From Eledone cirrhosa (lineage: Eukaryota): a stretch of 64,000 nt of DNA. Location: assembly GCA_964016885.1 (NCBI GenBank), contig OZ024741.1:336474001-336538000 (forward strand), written 5' to 3'. Numbering within the stretch: position 1 is the stretch's first letter; each line of letters opens with the position of its first letter. This document shows positions 12,161 through 26,066 of this stretch, piece after piece. The notes under the pieces were generated by a model. That model worked only from the letters and a program-made list of their open reading frames with translations, searched no databases and was not told where the DNA came from. The position numbers were made by a program, and so were the translations under genes.

Positions 12161-14399
12161 CTGTAGCCACTTCCTATATTTTTATGCATATATACATATT
12201 TTTCTGAATATATTTTATGCCTCCTTCTCTTTGCAACCATACACATACCAATATTTATCTAGAGGTTTTCATATGAAAGATTCTCTGCATGTTTGTATGT
12301 TATCTTCACATGAATTTCGATGGATACATATAATCAAGTATTTTATTGTTTGTTTGCAGTTTTTTTCTCCCCTTCTCCTTCTTCTCATTTTTCTTCAATT
12401 GCAGGCTTTGTTGTAAGGGAGTTATTAACAGATCCGGTTTTTTTTTCTCTCTCTCTCTCTCTTTCTCCTTCTTTCTTCACTGAAATAGAACTTTGTTTAC
12501 TGAAGTGTGAATGTTGCTGTTTTTCTCTGTATCTTGTGTGGTTGGACAGTAGGCATTGTGTTGTTGAAAAAGCAAAACAAACTAAAACTAAAAATAAAAA
12601 TAAAATAAAATAAAGAGTCCTCCTTGTACTTTGCTGATATCTATGTTGTCATACATTCAATGGATATCATTCTCATGAAGGAAGGAAGCTGTGTCTGGTG
12701 TAGTCAACTATGACAGGATATTATCAGCTATCTTCAGTTTTCAATATCTGGAATTCAAATAAGCAGTGTATGGCTTTGGAATCTATAGAACTAAAGGCAT
12801 TTGCATATAGATGTATAAAGCAGTTTGAAGTGAAAAATATTAAGCAAAAAAAAAAAAATAATAATAATAAATAAAAGAATTAAAAATAAAACAATAATAA
12901 AAATTGTGTTGACCAGTAAGCTGTAAATAGATCATCCCCTTTGAGATGATGGTGAAGGTAAATTCGTAAATTCTATTGAAATCTCAACCTAAAGAGAAAT
13001 ATGAGATTATTTCTGTCTAACCATTTTTGGCAGGGAAAGAGAAACATCAGAAGTCAAGTTTAAAATATAGTTTTAAGTTAGTAATAATTAAATAACTATG
13101 TAGAGTTGTTAAATCTATTCTGGATGGAGAAGATGATTTGCTTGTTTAATCTCAGGAGAGAGCAAACTTAATACTTTGTGTCATACAATATAGATAGTTG
13201 TAACTGATCATTTGTTTATTTGCCAATAACTGTTAAACTGTCAGTTCAGATGTGAATACCTTTGTTTAGTTCAGCAAGACGTAACTCTTTTCATACTAAA
13301 CTGCTTAAAACTGCCCCTAGTTCTACAATACAAAACTATTTATTTTTAAGTCTAAATGATTTATCAAAAACCTTTCCCACTGGCTGAAACTACCCTTGGT
13401 TCTATGATACAAAGCTATTTATTTTTAAGCCTAGATAGTTTATCTAAAACCCGTCCATGACAATTTTATGTTGGAATCTCTATTAAGTTATGTTCCACAC
13501 ACCAGCTTAATAATGAGAAAGTTACATATATTACTAAATCACTTTGGGTTCTTGATTATTTTCAGCATTATTTCAAAATCATATGCAGTGTGTTTCATTA
13601 GAAATATGATAACTTCAGTTCTAAATAACATATATATTGCATAGAATATTTTTTTCATTATTTTCTCACTTTTTCTTTTTACTCATTAGTCAGGGAAGGA
13701 AGGGCATTGTCCTTGATTTATTTCTGGGTGGCTAACTATGATGGGAAGGAAGGAGAAAGATATTATTATACCAGAAACCTGGTCTGGATATTGTCAACAC
13801 AGTAGACTCTGATAAACACAGCCAAAAGTGGGGTGGAAGTGGTGTTCAACTAGGCTACAGATTAAGTAGGTCACAGTGAGATTTGAACCCCAAAATGCAA
13901 AGAACCCCCAAAATACTGCAAGGCATCTTATCTGATGTTCTAACAATTCTGTCAATCCACCACCTTGGACAGATACTTTATTTTATCAACTCTGAAGAGA
14001 GTGAAAGATAAAATGGGATGACAACAAGCTTGGAATTATTTCTCTAGCCCTATCATCATCATCACCATCATCTAATGTCCATTTTTTTCTGCCAGTAAGA
14101 GTTGAAGGGGTTATTACACACTGAATCAATACTGAAGCAGAGTTACTGACATCTTAGATGAACTAGGAGTCTGCATCTTATTTACAAACATTCCCACACT
14201 CTGTTGAGTGCATTTATTCATGGCAGTAGCAAAGGATGAGGGGAGGTCATGTTTTTGACATAGATAAAGAATCCTCCGAACACTTTGTTTAGCAAGTTTT
14301 CTACAGCTGGATGCCTTTTCTACCACTAACCACTTTACAGAGTGTATTGGGTTAGGATTATAATTCTAAAGCGTCAGTGTGGTTATAAAAGATGTGTAT

Positions 14400-14892
14400 G
14401 GATAGTCATGTGGTGATTATGACAGCAACGATGATGATGATGATGGCAACGATGCTGATAGTGATGATGATAATGAGGATGATTATGATGGCAATGATGT
14501 TGATGATGATGGTGATGGCAAAGATATACGATATTGATAGTGATGATAACAAGGATGATTATGATGGCAACAATGATGATGATAATGAGAGTGATTATGA
14601 TAACTATGTTGGTGGTGATGGTGATGATGATGATAAAGACAACAACAAGGGTGATTGATGGCAACGATGATGATGATGATGATAATGAGAGTGATTATGA
14701 TAGCAACGATGTTGATGATGATGGTGATGATGATGATGTTGATAATGACAACAAGAAGGGTGGTTGACAGCAATGATGTTGATGGTGATGATGACGCTGA
14801 TGATAATGATGGCAATGATGTTGATGATGATAATGATGATAATGAAGGTGGTGGTAGTGGTGGTAGTGATGATGGTGATGGTGATGGTGATT
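14400..14892. repeat. Degenerate (GAT)n array with higher-order repeat of about 170 bp
   Basis: Recurring blocks gataatgagagtgattatgata and acaacaag..ggtgattga. Confidence 0.85.
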
Positions 14893-17184
14893 TCTCTATT
14901 TATTAAATGCCATGAAAACATTTGAAATATAAAAACTAACTTTGAGTGTTACAAATGTGTGTGTATGTGTGTGTCTGTGTTTGTATGTTGGTTTGCATGA
15001 GTGAGCATGTGTGTATGTATGTGTACATGTTTTTATGTTTGTGTGTGCGTATGTATATACATGTGAGTCATGTAAGTGCTTGTGTCAATGTACAAGCATG
15101 TCTATATTTTTTATGTGTGTGTGTATGTGTACTTATGTGTGTTTCTGTGTGTGTGTGTGTGTGTGTGTGTGAGTGTTTGATAAAGAAAGAATGAGAGATG
15201 AAATAGAACACAGTGGACTTTAAATGATGATGATGATGATGAAGCATTTAGGGTTAAACAGTTAACAAAAATATCATTTCCAAACCAAAATGATTGACAG
15301 TATAGATTTCATAGAAGATGGCTTGGACTGAAATCTGAACTCCAAGAAAACTTGACTTATCAAGAACTCATACAATAGAATTTGATCTTAAAACATGATC
15401 GCCTCTCTCTGGGATTTATTCTGATTTTTCTAAGAAAATGGTACAGTAGTTTAAATCAACACTTCTATATATTATTTGTATTTATTTTAATTATTCTGGG
15501 AGGGAGAAAAAACACAAGCAAACAACAATGATAATAATAATTATTTTCTTATGCACAAGGCCAGCAATTTATAGCTGGGTAAATTTGGTTATTTTATTTT
15601 ATTGATCTTGACAGGGTGAAAGGCAAAGTTGATCTTAATGGGGTTTGAACTCAAAATGTAAAAAGCCATAATTAAAAGCTGCAAAGGAATTTGTCTGCTG
15701 CTTTAACAATTCTGCCAACTTACCAACCTTTTAATAATATTGATAATGATGTTGAATTTTTTGGCAATCCAGTAGAGTGAGTGCACAATGACCTGAGATT
15801 CAGCAATTCCAAAAGAAAAGTTGTATTTTTAGCGGACTGCATCATTCATGAAAATATAAACAGTGAGAGAATGTATTTAGATAAATGTATATATGTACGG
15901 TCCCATAACTCCTCATAGTCGCAGGGGAGCTGTATTGACATACAGCACTTCTTGGGCATTTTAAGCACGGCAGAGCCCATCCATCTTCAGGCATTTAGAT
16001 AAATATGATCAATTTAAAACAAATAGTTTTGTATCATAAAACCAAGGAAGATTTCAGGGGTTTGCTAATGAAAGGGTTAAGCCATGATGGTCTAATTCTG
16101 TAGCAGACCATTACTACTAACACTCTCCAATGACTAGTTATATTCTTGGTTAATTATATAGTCAGATAGATAATTCAAGTAGAGCAAATTTCGCTTACAA
16201 AATGGTAATAGAAATAGTTGTAAAGTTTAAACAAAAGCTTAATAGCCACATCACTTTAAATACTAAAAATGGCAGTAATTAACAAGAAATGTATGAAGTA
16301 AGGATACAATATCTTGAAATTAAGAATATTGTGATAGTTAATTAGCAGATGTAGCATAGAACTCTCCCCCTTCTAAATTAGAAAGGGTGGGATGGATGGG
16401 GATATATATTTTAAGACTTTTGAGAAGAAATAACAGGATGAATACCAGAGTTAAATCCTGTTTGTTTAATGAAATAACTGTTTCAAGAATACTCATAGAC
16501 TCAGAGCCAGGAATTATGGAGAAAGGGCAGCTAGTCAGTTAAAGTGACCCTAGTATTTCACTGGCACTTTATTTTATTCAACCTGAAAGAATGATTTCAG
16601 TGGGATTTGAACTCACAATATAAAGGATCATAACTAAATGCTTCAGATATTTTGTGTCCAATGTTCTACTGACTCAGCCAACGAAAATCACAAAAGAAAC
16701 AGTTTATAATTATTTTTCTCATGGCACCAAGATTGAAATTGAAAGATGTATCTGTCTAATCTCTAACCGAGATATAATACAATCTATATTCAACTCTATA
16801 ATAATCTTGATACGTGTATGAATTATTTCATATGACAAGACGCTTTTTTTTCCTTGTACATTATCATCTAGGTCCTTGTAAAACATTTGGATCCAATTTT
16901 TGTGCACACATTTTATAGAAGGTTACAGATAAAAAATGCTTGAAGCCACAATTTACTATAAATTATTGACAATAATCACGATAAATCTTACCTGAAGACT
17001 CTCTCTCTCTTCTCATTATACATTTCTATCTTCAAAGAAATAATATCTATGTTGACAGAGACCCTCTAGGTCAATTTTTTTCTTCTTTTATTATGATGAT
17101 GAAATAATTATAACTTATCGTCAACAGCTAGAATTATTTATTGGCTATTCATATAATATTATGCAAATTATAAATGCGCTTAGA

Positions 17185-17305
17185 GATATGCATACACACA
17201 CACACTGAAACACATGCACACACACACACATATATATGAATGTATTTGTGTACATAGATATAGATCATTTTGTGTGTGTATGTATATGCATGTGTGTATG
17301 TGTAA

Positions 17306-17339
<34 letters not shown>

Positions 17340-17399
17340 GTATGTATATATATATGTATATATATGTATACATGCATAAATATATGTATATATACTTGC

Positions 17400-17453
<54 letters not shown>

Positions 17454-17553
17454 TATACATATACACATGTATATATGTGTGTACATTTAAATATATTTAT
17501 GTGTGTCTCTTTATATATATATATATATAAATGTATACATGCATATACACATG

Positions 17554-17618
<65 letters not shown>

Positions 17619-17728
17619 TTATGTGTGTCTGTGTATATATGTATGTATGTATATATATATGTGTGTGTATATATGTATTTATGTGTGTTTGTGTGTATAT
17701 ATATATACATACATACAAACAAACATAC

Positions 17729-17764
<36 letters not shown>

Positions 17765-17832
17765 GTATGTTTATTTGTATGCAAGTATATATATGTATTT
17801 ATGTGTGTCTGTGTATATTCATATGTATGTAG

Positions 17833-17888
<56 letters not shown>

Positions 17889-17910
17889 GTTATATGTAAT
17901 ATATATATAT
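17185..17910. repeat. Compound (TA)n/(TG)n microsatellite
   Basis: Directly visible. Confidence 0.95.
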
Positions 17911-18147
17911 GAAGTGTGAAGTATGTATATGCATTATTAAGCATTGTTTTTCTACAATCTCATGTGCTGGATGCTTGCTTCAAATAATACAAATATTAAA
18001 CACCACCTTTATCAATTTATATTTATTTTAACTTTGTCCTAAAACACATATTTATTTATTTTTTCTTTCTTTATTTTTCTCTAAAGGCTTTATTGAATCT
18101 GCATCATAATTACTTAACTTAAAAACATATATAGACCTATATATATA

Positions 18148-18217
<70 letters not shown>

Positions 18218-18522
18218 GTACTCAGGAGTCCATACTTGTTATAATGTAACTGTGTGTATGTATATCTATCTATCTATCATCATCACTGTTTAATATCCAC
18301 TTTTCCATTCTAGCATCGGTTAGACGAGTTGTCCTGTTGTGAGCAATGTCAGATCACGTGACCATGTTTTGCTCATACAGAGCTGGTTTTGGCTTGGTTT
18401 CTACAGCTGGATGCCCTTCTTAATGTGTGTGTGCATATGTATGTGTGTGTATATATGTATGTGTATATATATATGTATGATATGTGTGTATATATATATA
18501 TATGTATATATACATATATATG

Positions 18523-18571
<49 letters not shown>

Positions 18572-18759
18572 GTATATATATATGTATATATATATGTATA
18601 TATGTATATATATATATATATATATGTATATTAATAAAAGGAATTCCAACTTTGTCTGATTTACTTGTTTTATTTACAATCCTTTAAAATTTATAATGGT
18701 ACTAGAATGAAATAGTATGGTAGAATATTAAATGTTAACTTGACTGTCACCACAGAATA

Positions 18760-18798
18760 TGAACCTGAAGATTGTGAAAGCATGAAAGTACTTGTTCA
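18760..18798 (+). ncRNA. Minimal type I hammerhead ribozyme (39 nt)
   Basis: tgaac-CTGAAGA-ttgtgaaagcat-GAAA-gtac-TT-gttca. Palindromic AGTACT stem III; the stem II closing pair is mismatched (U.U). Confidence 0.72.
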
Positions 18799-18862
18799 AT
18801 TAACACTTAACATTTAATATTCTACCATACTATTGTATTCTAATACCATTATAAATTTTAAA

Positions 18863-18964
18863 TCCCGCCGAGGTTAACTTTACCTTTCATCCTTACAGGG
18901 TCGATAAAATAAAGTACCAGTAATGCACTGGTCAATTGCTGGCCTTGTGCCAAAAGTAGAAACA
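18863..18964 (+). mobile_element. 5'-truncated SINE with 15-bp TSD
   Basis: SINE 3' half flanked by attataaattttaaa at 18848-62 and 18965-79. Confidence 0.9.
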
Positions 18965-19062
18965 ATTATAAATTTTAAAGGATTGTAAATAAAATGAGTA
19001 AATCAGATAAAGTTGGAATTCTTTTTATTAATATAATCTTCTATACACAATCATACACACCC

Positions 19063-19169
<107 letters not shown>

Positions 19170-19668
19170 CATATATATCATCATCATCATCACCGTTTAA
19201 CGTCCATTTTTCCATGGTGGTATGGATTAGATGAGTTTTCCTATTGCGAGCAATGCTAGGTCAGCTGACCATGTCTTGCTCATACAGAACTGATTTGGGG
19301 TTGGTTTCTACAGCTGGATGCCCTTCCTGGTGCCATCCTCATTTATAGTCACTACTGGGAGATTTTTGTTGTGACCCCTACAAAACCACTTTACTGTGTA
19401 GGCTGGACACTTCACTGGATGCATATTTCAGCCTGTCCTCATGGAAGATGTATATGAGTGGGTAGTTTGGGGTGGTGCATATTATACATATGCTTCATCT
19501 ACAGCCTGTGCCCATGGGAATTTGAGTCTTCTGTATTACTGTATAACGCCAGAATATATATATTGTACACTCAGAAGTGCATACTTATTATACCTCAATT
19601 ATGTGTGTATCTCTCTTTATACAAGTAAGCAGGAACGAAGTCAATGTTGTGACATAAATAAACTTTAT

Positions 19669-19760
19669 TGCATATGATAATTGTTTCAATATCGATCAGC
19701 TCAGGGTTCAATCATAATGGTTGGGACCTGACACTGCATCGACATCTCATCAGATATGCA
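19669..19760 (-). ncRNA. Minimal type I hammerhead ribozyme
   Basis: Minus strand: tgcatat-CTGATGA-gatgtcgat..atcgatatt-GAAA-caatta-TC-atatgca, followed by AATAAA. Confidence 0.82.
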
Positions 19761-19799
19761 TTTGTTGACACAGAACACATTTCAAACTATCTATCTATT

Positions 19800-20137
19800 T
19801 GGCATGGCATGGTCCCGTAACCCCTGAGGGAGTAAATGGGGCACCATATTGACATACAGTGACTCTTGGGCATTTCTAAACCTGGCGGAACCCATCCCAC
19901 TCCAGTTCTGAATACAACAGAGTTCTTCCAGTGAAGGATAGAGAGAGTGAGAGAAAGGAAGTGAGAAAGATATAGAGGAAGAATCGAACCCAGTATTAAA
20001 CTGATACTTTTTTTATCAATCTCGGAAGGATGAAAGGCAAAGTTGATCCCAGTGAGATTTGAACTCAGAAGAGAATCAAAACAAATACTGCAAAGCATTC
20101 TATCCGACTTTGTAACAATTCTGCTAATTCGCCACCT
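19800..20137 (-). mobile_element. Long SINE variant
   Basis: Reverse complement of the 294-610 type: ggtggcgaattagcagaattg head, gagttcaaatctc B box, same tail. Confidence 0.7.
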
Positions 20138-20159
20138 CTCTATCTATCTGTCTATCTAT

Positions 20160-21680
20160 CTTGAAAAGTAGGCGTTCCATTTTTGTAAGGTATTCGCGGG
20201 GGCAAGGCATGACTGTCAAGCGGTAGTAGATGACGGACGCTATGTAAGTGTTCGCCACCTCCGCTCGACCTTTCAAGGAGAGTTTGCACTCAGCCCACTT
20301 CTGGGTGAGTGCAAACACCTTCGCCGTGACCTCATTCCAGTTCTTGTCCACCTGGATATCTGGACCAAACCAGACCCCGAGCAATTTCACCGGTCCTTCT
20401 GTCCAGTGTCCAACGACACTGTCGGAAGGCATGGGTTTGCCTCTCCATGTGCTGAGTTGCAAACCGACACAAGTTCCTCTGGAAGAAACAGGCTCCATTG
20501 GTGAGGAGATCCATCTGCTGTCAACACCCTTCTAACGGAGGGATGGGCATGCCGTGGCTGATGATACGCAAACATGCGCTGAGGCTACACCATCTCCGGG
20601 TATTCCTGACTGGTGAACCGATGTGGCCGTCATTTGTGAGACAAGCTCTTCCACAACTCGTCTCACTAACAGAGCTGCAGTCCTGGGTCAAGCGAAGACC
20701 GAAAATAGGTGCCTGACACCTGGAGTGCCTACAGGTACTCACAGCCCTCTACCAAGCGGAAACAGCAATCAGCGGAGACTCCACTTCGACATTCTATAGG
20801 GGATTAGTGGAGGATAAGTGCGGCAACGTTCTCGGGGAAACTCTAGGCATCGAGGAGGACGAGCTGACCAGTCTGTTCGGGAGGACTTTCCATCCAGGGC
20901 CTATGGATAACTTCCAGAGGTCTCTGGCCTGGCAGTGCTACCAAGGAGCTCTACCAGTTTGAGACACAATCTACAGGCACGGACGCCCTGGCAGAGATCC
21001 TGCCAAAAGGACCTGTCCAAGATGCGAGCAGGACATCGAAACCGTTCTGCACGCAATTGTTCAGTGTCCAGGGGTGACCGACCTGTGGAATTATGTCGAA
21101 CAGCTACTGTCACATGTGGGACGCATCCAATTGTCAGCCGAGTCCAATGTGAGGATCACCCCGCCGCCTTCATTTAAGAATGAAGGAGAGGCGGTTTTCC
21201 TCTGTCTGGTGGCTATGGTGAAAGAGGTAATATGGTGGACGAGGTTAAAAGGATTGAGGGCAAACACCTTTCTCTCCGGACAACAACTTATCCCCTTCTT
21301 TAAGTATCACTTCAGAAGGAAGGTGAGAGTGGAGAGAGAGGTGCTACACCCCAGTAAATTCGCTGAAAGGTGGGTGAATGTGGCAAAAATGGCCCGCGTG
21401 AATGGGCCTTCTCTGTATATAAACCTGTAAGTTGAGGAAGATAAACAGAGGGAAGACAGGAACACCTACAAAACGTGTTCCTGGTGTTGAGGGTTGTTCT
21501 ATCCATGCGTGTAAAACAACCCTGCAGTAACGTTCCCCCCTACTGGGGATTTCAATTGTTATTTTATTATATATAGTTTATTGTTATTTATTAATGTTAA
21601 AGTTATTTTTATGTAAAAGCCCCACCATCACGTCTTGTAATGTTCCATTTTTGTACGCCCCTGTGGCAAATAAAGAAAGA
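20160..21680 (+). mobile_element. Tx1/L1-clade LINE, 5'-truncated, with an inverted 5' segment (20160-20470)
   Basis: Minus segment VKLLGVWF..W..KLSLKGRAEVANTYIASVIYY..ERLLFK continues on the plus strand as KFLWKKQAPLVRRSIC..GGMGMP. CCHC finger CPRCEQDIETVLHAIVQC near 21010-21070; ORF stop at 21430; AATAAA 21669; (TATC)n on both sides. Confidence 0.9.
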
Positions 21681-21733
<53 letters not shown>

Positions 21734-24029
21734 CTCTCTATATATATATACACACACATGCATACATATGTATATTTATATACACATATGGTGCATGGCT
21801 TAGTGGTTAAGGTTTTGTACACTCAATCATATTTTTGTGGATTCACTTCCTGGATAAAGTGGCACATTATGTTGTTGAGTAAAAAGCTTAAAATCATGTT
21901 ACTTTCCATGATTGGACTGTGGCCCCTACCATTGTGAAACCTCCTATGAGATATAACCTCATATAGGTTAAAGTCATTTACTCTGGGTTTCAGAATTAAA
22001 TCTAATTTTGCAGATTCTTCTTGTTTGGTTAAAGGGGACATTTGTGTTTTATGTTTTGGATGGCATGAAGAAAATAACAGATATTGCTTTGAGTCTGTTT
22101 GTTTGAAGTAGATGTCAGTTTTGATGTGGCTTCTGTAACATTAATATGTTTCAGCTGTCTAGAGTGTTGGTTGACTTAGTTATTGGTGTTGCTGTGTTAG
22201 ATGTTGGTTATGTAAAAGTATGTGTTGTGTTGTTTTATTGAATACTTATTGTATAATATAAGGTGGCGAACTGGCACAATCTTTAGAGTGCTAGATAGAA
22301 TGCTTTGCGGTATTGTTCTGGATGTTTGCACTCTGAGTTTAAATCCCACTTACATTTCATCCTTTTGAGGTTACAAAAAAAGTACCAGTCTGGTATTTGG
22401 CCAATTCTTTCTCTGTATCTTTAACTCACTTCCTCTCTCTTTCTTTTACACACACTCTTGCTTTCTCTCTCTCCCTCCCTCTCTTTTACACACGATCTCT
22501 CTCTTACCCCTCTCTCTCTGTTTAGAAGAAATTGGTTGTATTCAGACCTGGAGAGAAGATGGACTCTGCCAGGTTTGTGTCACAATGAAGTTATGAGTCC
22601 ATGTGTCCATCCATCCATCCATACATTCATACAGTGTATATTGTATGTGTTGTGTGCAGAGATCATACTCCTCAGTCTATCATGTTACTGGCAGTGTACA
22701 TTCTTTATGGCTACAGTACATAACTCTCAATAACTTAGTCTGATAGAAGTGAACAACTACTGCTAAAAAGAGATTTCAGTCCTTTACAGAGAAGGAAAAG
22801 TGAGGTTGCCCCACAACTATTTATTGATGTTTTAATCATGGTTTTCTAACACAATTTCTCTTTTAAAAACTAACGCTAATATGATTTTACATCTGATTTT
22901 CAGTGTTCATAGATTACGTGCAAACTCATTTCACTAGAAACTACTTTCTACCGAACCATTTTTGTCTTCTCTAACTTGCTGCATTTTATTTAATCCTATA
23001 CTAATGCATTCATGTTCTCCTTAATGCTTTCATCTTTTCATCTAAGCACTATCGCAAATCCCAGACATTCTTCCACTTATGTAGCATTTTAGCTTTCCAC
23101 TTAAATGTCTAAATATTTCTAATTGCTTCTCATTTCCCTTCCTCAGTCTCTCTTATCATTCCTATGTGTGTAAGTTTGACATTTGCCTTTCTAGGGCTTG
23201 CCTGTGGGAAGTTTTGAACTTAACACCAAATGCTTACAAAACACTCATCACTTTCACAATATGTCTGCTGCTTGCAATATTCTCTAATGTTTCCTTATGG
23301 AATCTATTTTAACTCTTTCGATACCAACCTGCCCAAAACAGCCTCTGGTTCTATGAAACCAAACCTCTCATTTCAAAGTATTCCTATTTAAATTAATATC
23401 TTCCAAAATAACTTTATATCAGAACCATCTATTATAAAATAATATCTTAATAATGAAATAATTAATAATTTTAGTAAATTCCTCTAAAATTTTTGTTAAT
23501 TAAAATACAATATACTTCATTAAAATAAAATACATCATCATCATCATGGACATAAAAACTATGATGATGTATTTAATTAAAAATATAGTAATGAAAGGGT
23601 GAAAGATAATTGTATGGTTTTACCAGAGTTACTGTACAAAAGTAGTAATGAGGTACAAACTAATAACCTTTGTGTCCGAAAAATAATACCATAATGATGC
23701 TAAATGTTGTTACACAATATTTCTACTGAATTATTTTTTACATCTTAATTTGAAAATGTGACTACATGTGCACATGCTGAAAGCAGATATATGCAAGGAA
23801 TTCTTTTCTGTTTTGTATATAACTAGTTATGTTTCATATCAGTCAAATTTGGCTGACTGATATTATTAACATTACATTTTTTTTCCAAAGAAATATATAT
23901 TTGTATGTGCTCTTTTAGCAAACATATCTTCATTTTCCCTCTTTATTCATGCTGGCATCCCTTATGTCTTAGTTCTGCACCCCACCCCCCCATATATATA
24001 TATATATATATACATATATACATACATAT

Positions 24030-24424
24030 AAGCTGACCTTACCCAATTGCACCTCTCAAAGGTGATGACACAGGACCGTGACCTCTGGCATCACGCAGTA
24101 ATGTAGAAGACCTGACTTCCCACGGGTACAAGCCGAAGCTGAAGCATATAGACAATATGCCCCCACCCCTCCCACTACAAAGTGGTCGTGAAGGTGTCAC
24201 GACAAAAAAGCACCCAGTCCACACTGTAAAGTGCTTGTGTAGGTGCCACAGAAAAAATCCCCCAGCAAGCACTGTAAATGAGGTTGGTATTAGGAAGGGC
24301 ATCAAGCCAAAATCAGTTCACATATGAGCAAGACAAGGTAACCCGACTGGGCACTGCCCACAACAGGACAACCTGTCTAACCCATGCTAGCATGGAAGAA
24401 TGGACGTAAAATGGTGATGATGAT
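24030..24424 (+). mobile_element. RTE 3' end / 3'UTR fragment
   Basis: LTQLHLSKVMTQDRDLW-like ORF end, then 3'UTR ending ggacgtaaaatggtgatgatga. Confidence 0.75.
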
Positions 24425-26066
24425 ACATATATATATTATATATATATATATATATATACACATACATATATGTATATATGCTAAGAGATGAAAAGGGTGG
24501 ATGAAAGCTCCTTCAAAGAATTGGACTCTGCATCCCTTGAATAGATTGCAAGGCCACTATGCTAAGGACTCATCATGTTTGCTTTTCCATGCTAGCATTG
24601 ATTGCAAAGGGATTTCTGAGGCAGGGTTTTCTGGTCTGATGCTTTTCCTGATGCCATCACCCTTTAGGTGCTGTTTACTATTGAGTGTGCGAAGGTGTGT
24701 GACTTAATGGTTAGAGAACTGGATTTACAAACGGGGGGTTTTGGTGTAGGTTCCAGTCTTTTTGATCATCCCTGATTACCTCTTCCCAGGACTTACAAGG
24801 GTGTTCCATTCCCCATTTACCAATGGCCAAAATTTTAGTACACCACTACTGTTTACATGTCTTACACACTACTTACACATTAATTTCATGAGCAGGCTGT
24901 CCTGTTGGCTGAACAGTCAGACCACTCATTGTCAAACCAATGGAGGTCCATTCTATGTGTTTGGATAGTAATTCATGCATAGACAATTAACAAGTTTCAG
25001 TATACAACATTAAAAAGTTAGGTTTGCATAAATGGATTTGTAGCAAAGAAAAAAATATTGTACATCTAATTGTGTTTGTACAAGTCAGTTGAATAATTCA
25101 TGCCTTGTGTAAATAGTTTTATTAATGATGAGTTGCATGTGTTACAGAAAATAGCATAATACCTATGTTTATGAATTAAAGTTTTTCTTTGGGTTCATGT
25201 GTAGTGCAAATTGAAAAAATGTTGCCGAAGAAAATACAGAAAAATAAATATCACATATGACTGAATCTAGAAGAATAGAGAATGTGGCAGATTGATTTTT
25301 TTATCCAGCTTAATGTTGTTTGTTATTTAAGATGGCTGAAAATTTGAATGAACAACGGCCAGTTCTGTTCTGTGTGCTGCTTTTGTTCTGTCCATTGAAA
25401 AGAGAAAGAGACAACTTGTGTTCATAGTCAAAGTGACTGGCAAAATATTGTTCTGTGATTGGTCCCAATAAAATCAGTGAAAGCACAAAAACATCGACTA
25501 TGCATAAGGGATCTGTAACATTAACTATTTTCTAGGTCGCTGTGAAAGCAACTATCGATAAGGATCAATATAAAATCAAACCATAGTGAAAACTGAATGA
25601 TTGTACAGAAATCTCTCATGAGAAAGTACATACCTGGCTACCTGGCTATTGGATATATTGTATCATCCTTATCTTCCATGTAATTTAGGTAGAAGATGGG
25701 ATAACTGATGTACTGGTAGTATGTTGAAATACTAGTACAGGAATGGTTAGTAGAAAAACTGAGGGAGTATCCTGTTCATATATCATTCTCCAAATGTACT
25801 AGTTTCAAACAGTTAATGCCAACAATTTATCATTGATGAAATGCACCAAACCCAGCCCATTTTATAAAATGTTAGTGCTGGTGCCCCAACAAAAGGCACC
25901 CAGTCAACCCTGTAAGGTGGCAGAGGTGGAGACATGATGAAAGGCTTCAAGTCCATAATGTCAGGTGGTTTGTTTTAGGAAGGACATCGAGACATAGAAA
26001 CTATGATTCTGCATGTTACAGATGACTGTGTACTGTATCTCTGGTGTGTATTATTTAATAATTATT

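Larger units (their letters stand above)
18627..19035. repeat. Fold-back element: arms of about 112 bp, hammerhead in the loop, SINE inserted in the right arm
   Basis: 18627-18738 is the reverse complement of 18807-19035 once the SINE and one TSD copy are removed; several mismatches. Confidence 0.9.
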
